A stretch of DNA of 26,219 nt from Amoeboradix gromovi X-113 (lineage: Eukaryota > Fungi > Sanchytriomycota). The notes under the pieces were generated by a model, which worked only from the letters and a program-made list of their open reading frames with translations, was not told where the DNA came from and did not search any database. Positions 17,100 to 25,977 of the stretch are shown piece by piece; positions within the stretch are counted from its first letter, which is position 1, and each line of letters begins with the position of its first letter. Where the stretch lies: NCBI GenBank assembly GCA_018985225.1, contig JADGIF010000053.1, positions 1-26,219 of the forward strand. The letters are read 5' to 3'. The translations under genes and the position numbers were made by a program.

Positions 17100-19710
17100 T
17101 TATTTATGTAAATTATCTAGCCAGTCAACTATCTGAGACAATATATTTGTATTCACTTCTAGAACTTTAATCATTTCAGAAAATATGATCTCATCTTGGT
17201 CTCCCAAGAAACACAAAATATGCCCTTTGTCACCCATCCTTATAGTTTTCTCGAAATGACTTCTGAGTATTCCATCAGGATTATCTAAATGCTCAATTAT
17301 TGGGTATTCCTCTTTGGAAACTACACATATGTTGCAAATTAAAATCATTATGCCCAACCATCTGTATTGAAGGATAGCTAGATTTAGATCACTCTTGTTA
17401 TTTTTAAGAGAGGAGAATGATCTTGGTTGAGTCCAATTATCCCAATCAAGGAAACAAGACTCTTTCATCGTGGTTATTCGTTTTGCTTCTTTGCTTATAT
17501 CAAACCTCAGCTGATTATCTCTTAAACTATTCAGTTCTCTGAAACATTCCAAAACTGAGGCTATTTGCAACAACGCAATACTGGTTAAATTATAGAAATT
17601 GTGTTGCAAAGAGAGAGTAATGCACTCAATGCAGTAATTAAATGCTTTTTCCAGACTTTCATCCTGAGAGGGTGCTGTGTTAGCATACATTTTAGAAGCA
17701 ATGTTGTAGTGGGTGTAGGACAATCTCAAAACCCCTATAATTTTGCCAAATACGTCTCCAACTGCTTGAGAGCTCTTGATATAATGGTCATGGTACTGAA
17801 CACAAGGTGACGCCATGCATTCCTCTATTGAAAATCCGGTGGTCAAATCGCTCCCACTCATCATTGAAGGCTTTAAAGTTTGGCCCAAGTGACTATATAG
17901 TCGCCTATACATATGAATCACAAAATCATGTGGCAAACCTAGCCCCAGTTTAGGTTTTGCTTGCTTCTTCAATATTTGTGACAATGATGAAAAAGAAGTC
18001 TTCCCATTCTCTAATAATAGTAATATTTGTGCTAAATTAATTTTCATTACCTATTCCTTCATGTACAAACAAGTGCAGCCTAGCATCGAACAGAAGATCG
18101 TTGTCTTCGACATCTGCTGACTCAAAAGATTGTGAGGCTTCCTTCAACATTGACTTTACAAATGCACTATAATTTGCAGAGATGTTCCTTTGAGATAAAT
18201 CATTGAATTGTTCTTTTGTGCATGTTTTCAAAAAATTTTTCCATAAAATGTGCCGTAAACATGCATTTTCAGAAGTAGAAGCAGCTTTTCTAAACAGCAA
18301 AAAATGACTATAGTCTTCCGGGCAATTTTCCAAACCTTCTTCTGCAAAGCAAAGTGAAAGCACCTTATTACCTGCCACTAAATTGACAGTTTCGAGAATT
18401 ACCATAGTGTGTATAATAGAATGAGGTGAGTGAATTGAAAGGGTATGCCTATGCTCTTCCAGCGCAGAATATGCTTTTCTAGAGTAATACATAGATGTGG
18501 GTATGATGTTTAGAGACTGGAAGCACACTGACAGTTGAGAATATCCTCGTACAATACCGGCTTCAGCAGAGTGCATTAGCTGTGCAATGGGTCTAATAAA
18601 AGGCTGCGCATATTTCGAGTAAGTCGTAACAATCTGCCTGTATATAAGAATACTCTTTCTGAACCATGCTATAGCTTCTTTTATTTCCAGCAGTACATAG
18701 CACACGTTTCCCATGTTTCCTAGAAGTTCTGCAAACCAAGCCGGATCAACTACTACTGCATCCTGGTCTTGGTTTGCTGTAGTTTGAAGCATTATACGCT
18801 TGATACCTTCGTAAATCGATTTTTGGTCGTCCAAATTCATGTTCGATGTCATTATATCAGGATCCTCTGCTATCGGAAATATCTGACCAGTCTGATGCTG
18901 CACGCAGTCTAAAGATTTTGAAAACCATTGCTTGGCAATTTCAGGCTTTCCTTTTAAGTCGTTTGCGACTCCAAGTAAGGCGGATATTCTTGCTTCTAAC
19001 AAAGAATGGGTCTCATCAGACGCAAGTTGTAATGCCCTATGTAGGTGATCAATTATTAAATTAACGTTACTATACTTGGATTCTGAGGCGCTTAATGAGG
19101 GGCTGTTAATCACAGGAATTGGTTCAATTTGAGAGTTAAAACATTTTATCATTCTCCAATTAGATGCAAGCCCGTTTATACCTAAAATTCTTCTGGTAAC
19201 ATCTAATATGATTGACTCCACTTCCTTAGAAGGTAGCGAAACTGATCTTCTCGGTATTGAAATAGTTTTCCCCGTAATAGAGGACACAGTACTTGTAGAT
19301 TCCACAGAACCGTTTCGTAATCTACCTTTCCTGGAAAGGTTTGGAGACACAGACGATATGGCTGTGCTTTCTGCTTTGTCCTCCAAGCTGTTCTCACTCT
19401 CGTTTTCTATCGTATTTGAAAGTGTAGATGCTGTTCTTTTAGTAGAAAATTTTCTTCCTTTTATACCGCGTGCTCTGGTTATCGACGAAGTTCTTTCTGG
19501 AAATATTTTTTTCTCTTCATTTCCTTTAATCTCTTCTGGTAAAGATCCTAAGTTTTGATCTTTTGAATTCTCGCGTTTCTTTAAACTTGGATCTAGTGCC
19601 GGTTCTGGCGCTGAAGATCTTCTTGTTTGTTGTATCATATCATCTATATTTAAACCCTTGTCATTGGGGTCATCAAATATAATTGATATATCTAGAAGCT
19701 TTTGACTCAT
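17100..19710 (-). CDS. TPR-repeat protein with Ser/Arg-rich disordered N-terminus; complement(join(17100..18031,18051..19710)), 863 aa (start 19749 possible)
   Basis: TPR-like helices HLHRALQLA....LEARISALLGVANDLKG..EIAKQWFSKSL and LGNMGNVCYVL.EIKEAIAWFRKSI. Two ORF-track entries are joined by a 19-nt intron (HEGI-AQILLLLENG). Confidence 0.78.
18032..18050 (-). other. 19-nt spliceosomal intron, phase 1 (GTAATGAAAATTAATTTAG)
   Basis: AG|GT...TAATTTAG. Contains the stop of the 570-aa ORF, and removal fuses it in frame to the 315-aa ORF. Confidence 0.88.
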
Positions 19711-19852
19711 TAAAATGTGGCTAGTTTTGAAATTTATTTTCAAATTCATATCAATTTTCTAATAACTCTTGCTAAAGCCCAGTGAAATCAAGATCCCTTT
19801 AAGTTCTAGTTGCTTATACATTTTTTCATTTTTTTCCAGACATCTTTATTTA

Positions 19853-20862
19853 ATGCTCAACAATGATTTCGATTTTGAAAAACCATTACCAAGTAACGAG
19901 CTCTATTTCAAGGCTCAAAATTATGACAAAAATTCAAGTTTGACACGAGAATACATCCTTACATGCTATTATAATTCTGAAGAAATGGTAGAGGGCGTCA
20001 AGCTTTATGATTCTGCCAGAAACAAAATATTTTTAAAGAAATCCAGAATAAAAGAATCAGCGATTCAAGGATTTAAACAAGGGTCTGAGGTATCTCTTTT
20101 TTCCCGTAAATTCCTAATAACCTCATATGGTAATGAAGAGACAAAACTCAAAGTACTAGGACATCGGTCAATTGGTTTGATTTCTGAGTCTTTCACTCTG
20201 GAAAAAATTAAGCTCTTTGAATCTGAAGCTGAAGTATGTTATTTACAAGCCGGATTTTTACCCGAAGACTCATCTGATTTCCTAAGGTTCAAAAAAAATG
20301 ATTTCATTGTTTTGATCACTGGTAATAGGATTAACCCGCGGATTGAAGAGGAAGAAAATGCTTACATATCGGAGTCTGATGTAATCCAAAGAATGAGCAA
20401 CCTAAAACTGCAATTTAAAATACAGAATGAAGATGTGGCAGTTGTGATTTTGACTACTAATGTTATTAAAAATAGACTTGTGCATACGGTTTTGGAGCGC
20501 CTTTCTAAGAATCTAAAAATTTGTTGCGCGAAAACTGCAAATTTATCCAGAGATGAGTCCATGAACTATCTAGAGATTTATTCAGGTGTATTGCCAAACA
20601 TCACATCAATTGTGAACTCTCTATGCGTAGATAAATGCATCATACTGTAATTTTAGGCTAATTTAGACAGGTCAAAGGTCCAAATGTTATAGACGAGCTA
20701 AACCTAATTGTGGGGCCAATGAACCTTGGTGTGGCTACGGCAAAGTACAAAGAGTCTTTGAGGGCTATTGCAGCTACAACTGATGATCCCGGCATACTTT
20801 ACACTGAGTTTAAAGATGATGGACTCTTGGAATCTCAATATTTTTTTGAGTTACTTAAATAA
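19853..20862 (+). CDS. NME7: NME7/NDK7 (DM10 + NDK-like domains), degenerate; join(19853..20646,20667..20862), 329 aa
   Basis: DM10 domain (F.A..YD..S.L.R.Y.L..Y...V.LYD....K.FLK, V.LFSR...I..YG.E.T) and YLEIYSGVLP. Exon 2, absent from the ORF track, reads LQVKGPNVIDELNLIVGPMNLGVATAKYKESLRAIAATTDDPGILYTEFKDDGLLESQYFFELLK, matching the NME7 C-terminus (GP....A......LRA ... DGLLE.QYFF). Confidence 0.88.
20647..20666 (+). other. 20-nt spliceosomal intron, phase 2 (GTAATTTTAGGCTAATTTAG)
   Basis: GT...GCTAAT...AG. Removal restores the conserved NME7 C-terminal exon in frame. Confidence 0.92.
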
Positions 20863-20868
20863 AGCAGT

Positions 20869-22116
20869 TTACTTACTTTTAAATCTTAAGATACTCCCTT
20901 TCTCGTTAAGGGCGTAGCAGTATTCCCCTCTTGCGGTGAAGGCAAAATTACGTAGACAACCGTTGAGTTGGCTGTAATTATAAGCAGCCCCAGGAAGAAA
21001 CGAGATCATCTCGCTTTGTTTATTTAATGCTTCCGTCATTTCAGAGATTTTATCTGTCCCAAACATTATAGATTTATTAACAATATCATTTCTGGTTTCC
21101 AGTATAGATTTTAAGTTCCAAAAAAAGATGGTTCCGACGCTATTGCCACAAACGATATGATTATTTGCTCTACAATAAGCAAACCGAATGAACCATATTG
21201 CTTCAGTCTGGAACTTCATTTTAAGTATAACATTAACGGGCTCAAGTCTTTCTACGTCTAAATGAAAAGCTTTCGAATGCCTATCAGTAGCAGGAAGCCA
21301 GCAAACTATCTCACCATCAGCAGCTTTAGTTAAAATCATAGTATCAAGCCACAAAACGCAGTCCACGGCGCTTGTGTGTAGCATCATAGTGGAAAAACTT
21401 GGGTACTGGACAAGCAATGGATAGATCTCATCAAAATCACAATTGTCGTCAGATTCCCATAATTTTAAATGCTCCTCAGGGATATCCCATAAGCACACTC
21501 TTAAATCATATCCAGCGCTAGCTATTTTGGTTCCGCTGGAATGCCAAGAAAGCGAGTTGACTTGCATTCGATGTCCTTCTAGTCCTCCGAAAGTAATAAA
21601 GTCACAAAAGTTTTTTGAGCATCTAAGGTCCCAGATTTTTACAGTCCTATCCTTACTGCAACTTGCAATGATGAAAGAGTAATTAGGGTTAGTTTTAATA
21701 CAATGAATAGGACCACCATGATGCTCCAGCATGCGTACTGGAGTCTTTCTATGTAAATTAATAGCGTAGACACAGCCAAAAAGACCACCACATATTACAT
21801 GCAACTCTTTGTTTACTATTGCAAAATCACAACAATAAAGACATTCAACTGAGTTTTTATCTGTTTCCGCACTTTTAAAGAGAGGAATCTCAATATAACT
21901 GGAGACTATTCCTGTAGCGGTATCGAATATGTACAGAAAATTAGCGACTGTATAGCAACCTATATTGTAATCTGGGTTTTGGAATATCACAATGCCATAG
22001 CCGCTATCTAAATTGTTTGCCTCGTGTCCTAGATATTTGTCAGCCGCATTAATTTCGTAATCTATTCTTTGATATGAGGATTTATTCGAGAATTCAATGG
22101 GCTCTGAATATTCCAT
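20869..22116 (-). CDS. EED: Polycomb PRC2 WD40 subunit EED/ESC/FIE homologue; start at ATG 22116 preferred (about 415 aa)
   Basis: E.LYCC.F, HGG.I..I...P....I.S.SKD..V.IW, FGGLEGHR.QV.SL, S.G.D..V.LW, V.YP.FST..LH...VDCV.W....IL.K..D.EIVCW.P, IWFIRF and GN..G.I..W.L motifs. Confidence 0.9.
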   Translation of the reverse strand: MEYSEPIEFSNKSSYQRIDYEINAADKYLGHEANNLDSGYGIVIFQNPDYNIGCYTVANFLYIFDTATGIVSSYIEIPLFKSAETDKNSVECLYCCDFAIVNKELHVICGGLFGCVYAINLHRKTPVRMLEHHGGPIHCIKTNPNYSFIIASCSKDRTVKIWDLRCSKNFCDFITFGGLEGHRMQVNSLSWHSSGTKIASAGYDLRVCLWDIPEEHLKLWESDDNCDFDEIYPLLVQYPSFSTMMLHTSAVDCVLWLDTMILTKAADGEIVCWLPATDRHSKAFHLDVERLEPVNVILKMKFQTEAIWFIRFAYCRANNHIVCGNSVGTIFFWNLKSILETRNDIVNKSIMFGTDKISEMTEALNKQSEMISFLPGAAYNYSQLNGCLRNFAFTARGEYCYALNEKGSILRFKSK

Positions 22117-23495
22117 TGTGTGTGATATTCTCCGTTGAGTAAAATAATCATTTCGGACAAGCTTTACGAACATGGTCCAGAATGTATCTGGTTTTTCCAA
22201 TATCTTTATAGCAGCTAAAAATCTTCGCTAGCTTTTAATCAACAGTATTTATCATGTCTAATCTCTTGCAGCCATCGATTTTTAATCAACAAGCCACTTG
22301 TCGTTATATATGAGCCATTTGACTCCTATACGCTCTCTTTTTAGACTTTTGAAGTTGAATGAAAACTCAATAATTCTTTTCATCAATTACAAATGCGTCA
22401 AAACCTCACGATCCATAACATATTAAACTTAATGAAATTGCTAATAAACGCCTAAAAAGCAGAAACTGGTCCAAGAATGAAAAGCTGCGATGCGTTTATG
22501 TCTACTACTCTGTGCTTGGGAGCAAATATGGCAAACAATTGTACTTCCTGAATGGCCTTCAGTATGAATTTCAAGTGAGACAAAGGTGTTTATTGCATTA
22601 AGAAAACTTTTTCTACTGCGGAATCCATCACTATCATAATTCTTTAAGCAACACATTATTCAGCTGTTTCCAAAATTCAGAAATAAATAAGCACCAGGAG
22701 TCCAGTGTTCAGTTGCCAGCGTAATTTTCACATTATACAAGGATATTCTTAGCTTATTGATTGCGAACTTGATAAACTGTAAGAGAGCAATGTGAGGTGC
22801 ATTGAAAAGCAGTTTGGAGTTGTACACACTCACAAAGTTGTCAGTTGCAAGCGGATATAGAGACCATATGGAAATAAGAAACATAAATTTGAAGTATCTA
22901 AACCTATAATCAATCACACCTCAGGATAGTGGAGGCGTCGACGACAACTGTAATGGAGCGTCTGGCTTTGTAAAGTTTTCTGCGGAAATTTTTGACATTC
23001 TATTAAATTAGGAATTTAACTTCGAGTAGCTGTGCTCACGTTTTATGCTTCCTTGCAGCTGGGCAACAATGCAAGTATAGAAGAGATAAGCATCTTTTCT
23101 GCTCTTTTGCAATGGCTCTATTTGTGTGTTTATTCGTTTGTTTGTGGTTTTGGGCATTCTGAATTAATTATTATGGGTAACCTAGGTAATCTAGTGTGGG
23201 TTCTAGGTGTTCCTCCCTCTTGGAAATGAGGACAAGCCCTTATACTTGAAACCAATTCAGATATAACAAGGGCAAAAATAAAATATTGACAATGTAAGAT
23301 AGTTTCACTGATTTAGCCATGGTTGTGATTATAGTAAAACAAATGGGTATCAATGAATCAAAAGACACCAAAAAGGGAGTCTCTACGGGTACTTTGACAT
23401 AATCCGTATTGCTTAACTCCTCATGTCTTTTGCGATGCCTCTTTGTGGACCTGTGTAGTATGGCAGCTGCCTTAATAAAGTATGAAGCCTAAAAT

Positions 23496-25761
23496 ATGAA
23501 ATTCCGAAACACTGCTCGGTCAATGAGTCAAGATAATAATATCCCCGGTGAAATCGAAGAAGCCCTGAGAAACCATCCATTATTTAGGAGAGCTAACGAT
23601 GACACTATTTCGAGGTTATCCAAAATAATGAAAACCAGAGTTTTTATTTCAGGTGATAAAATTATTCAGGAAGGTGATGAGGGTAAAGCGGTCTTTTTTT
23701 TAATCAAGGGAGAGGTTGATATCCTCAGTGGTGACGAAGAAGTTGTTTACGCTACTCTCTACTCTGGTTCATTCTTTGGAGAAATCGCTCTGCTGAAAAA
23801 TGTAAATCGTACAGCAAATGTTATCGCTAGATCTAAATGCTTTTTGTTATGTCTTCATAAATCTGACTATTTAGATTTAGTAAATTTAGATTTTTGGAAA
23901 CAGTTAGAGGAAGAAGCCTCTGTTCGACTAAACAAACTGAATAAAAACAGAAGGAGCACAGTAACAGATGAAATTCCCATATACAACTCTAACGTCATTG
24001 CGGAAAACAGTGGAAGCGCAGGATCTTTAAACGTTTCGCTCGACTATGACCTTGTTTTTGCAGCTTTAAAGAAAATGCCGATTTTCCAGTATTGCGAGGA
24101 CAAAACCATTAAAGACCTTTATAGTTTATTAAAAACCATCAACTTTCAACCCGGGGATATTTCGCTAAATGGCAACTCTTCCTCTGCGATTATCATACTA
24201 AATGGAATCGTTACTAGCCCAAATCAAGAAGAAAAACGCAAAGGATCCTTGATCCAATATGAGTTTTATGGGAAGATCATTTTGGACCCAGGAGATGACG
24301 ATTCAAATGAAACCCTGTTAGCATTATCTTCGGGATCCGCAGGAATCTTGGAGAGCGAAGATGTTGTCAAGCTAATGGAAGCCGACCCAGCAGTTAAGGA
24401 GCAAATAGAACTGGGCCTGGTCAACTCTTTAGAGCATTCACTTGACAATCTAGCTATTGAGGACAGCAAGCCAAAGTTTTCCGCAAATAAATCTTTTGAT
24501 ACACAGAGACTTATCATCACATCTGGAGAAAAAAGAAGAGCTAGTGTGGCTGTGTGGGCAGATCCCAATTTGTCTCAAATTGCAGAAAAGAAGAAGTCAA
24601 CTGTTCGGTCTAAATTAGCTACCAAGTCTAGCAGAAAATCTGGATTTTCTCTATTTCTATCAATGATTGCTGATAAACCTAAAGTTTTTAGAATTATAAC
24701 AGAGTACCTTAGCTTCAAAGATATTTATTTGATGAGTGCTGTATGCCATTCTCTATATACCGATATTTCTAAAATGTCCACAACATGTGTAAATATTGAC
24801 CTTGTCGAGTTTTCAAACTCAATAAACAACAGTGGCATATCTAGAATAACCAACTTATGGTATATTTTACTAATTTAGGAAGTACAGCATTCGCTGCATA
24901 AATCTACGTGGATGCTTCAAAATAACTAATGTTGGCTTGGCCTTTATAGCTAACAATTGTCCAAATTTAGAAATCCTTAACCTACACAGCTGCTGGGATA
25001 TATCTAGCCAAGGGCTATCTATTTTGTCAGAAGGTTGTCCAAAGTTGAGATCAATTGATTTAAGCAATTGTCGCAAAATAGATTCTAGCGGAATTGTAGC
25101 GTTGCTGGATAACACACAAACTGAAGAGATAATCCTATCATATTGCAAAAGCTTGAACAATGATTTGTATAAAGACCCATTTTTATTCACAAATTTGAAA
25201 AAATTAAACCTGCAAAGATGCACTACTATAACTGATGTTGGATACAGAAATTTAGATGGGCACGCTTTAGAACTAGAGTATCTTGCTTTGAGTGACTGCT
25301 CATTCTTGACTGATGCTACAATTTCTATTATATGTGAATCATGCCCAAACTTGAAGTTATTGTCTGTATCATTTGTTTGTGGCTTAACTGAGAAATCCAT
25401 AGATTCGATTATAAAGTTGGTCAGACTGGAAACATTAGATGTTAGCTTCTGTGGAAATCTGATGACTAATAATTCACTGGAACAAATAAGAGATAAGCTG
25501 GTGCACTTGAAAAGGTTAGCTATTAGAGGCTGCTTTAAAATATCGCAAGAAGTTATGGTACAGTATTTAACCGACAATTCTGTAATAGAGTGTTTAAATG
25601 TCTCACAATGCAAAGGATTATCCATGGACTATTTAAAGAGAAATTTCCAAAGCTTGAAGTACTTAGATTGTGAGAACATAATAGACTTCGATCCATTGTC
25701 AAGGTTTATGACCACAACAAAGTATCCCATAGGTGTAAGGCAGAGAACTAAAACCATATGA
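23496..25761 (+). CDS. Cyclic-nucleotide-binding / F-box / leucine-rich-repeat protein; join(23496..24859,24879..25761), 748 aa
   Basis: Intact CNB domain (GD.II.EGDEG..VFFLI.G.V, GSFFGEIALL....RTANV.A), a second degenerate CNB, an F-box-like segment (KVFRIITEYLSFKDIYLMSAVCHSLY), then Cys-containing LRRs (CPNLEILNLHSCWDIS, LNLQRCTTITD, LSDCSFLTD). Joined by a 19-nt intron. Confidence 0.88.
24860..24878 (+). other. 19-nt spliceosomal intron, phase 2 (GTATATTTTACTAATTTAG)
   Basis: GT...TACTAAT...AG, a near-canonical branch sequence. Removal gives ITNLW-KYSIRCINLRGCFKITNVGLAFIANNCPNL, continuing the LRR register. Confidence 0.92.
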
Positions 25762-25815
25762 ACTTTAATAAATATTCCCTATACAATTAGGCATTGTGAC
25801 TTTGAAGTTACTAAT

Positions 25816-25977
25816 TTATTCAGTTTTATGTAAATCAGCATAATATGCTTCCCTCTTTGCTATGTCCTTAGATCTAACAGCTACCTGGTAATAACCACCA
25901 GCAGCAATTCCTAGGACACCTGCAATGACAAAGTCACGAATAACGGATTTTCTAAGCATGCCAGATACGAGAGACAT
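25816..25977 (-). CDS. COX9: Cytochrome c oxidase subunit Cox9 (fungal VIIa / COX6C-like), 53 aa; below the ORF-track cutoff
   Basis: MSLVSGMLRKSVIRDFVIAGVLGIAAGGYYQVAVRSKDIAKREAYYADLHKTE is co-linear with the fungal Cox9 pattern (I.G.L.R..I.D.....LG ... KRE.FYA.L). AATAAA overlaps the stop. Confidence 0.88.
   Translation of the reverse strand: MSLVSGMLRKSVIRDFVIAGVLGIAAGGYYQVAVRSKDIAKREAYYADLHKTE

Noticed and set aside
22441-23229. ORF-track entries 22441-22656, 22660-22917 and 23032-23229, including possible TGA read-through of the two - strand ORFs
   Set aside because: No recognisable domain, no tiny intron bridging the stops and no SECIS-like element seen. TGA is a normal stop elsewhere in the window.
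510-25625. Antisense or overlapping ORFs in the track (e.g. 2795-3151, 9883-10182, 19208-19558, 24266-24568, 24870-25625)
   Set aside because: Shadows of well-supported genes on the opposite strand or in another frame, with no independent motifs.
8396-25761. Programmed frameshifting, stop-codon reassignment or sequencing error as the cause of the split ORFs
   Set aside because: Each break coincides with a GT...TAAT..AG element whose removal restores the frame exactly, with no shared slippery site. TAA, TAG and TGA all terminate conserved genes at expected positions, so the code is standard.
25867-25884. 18-nt in-frame GT...AG inside COX9 (GTAGCTGTTAGATCTAAG)
   Set aside because: No TAAT branch motif, and the unspliced protein is already co-linear with Cox9 homologues.
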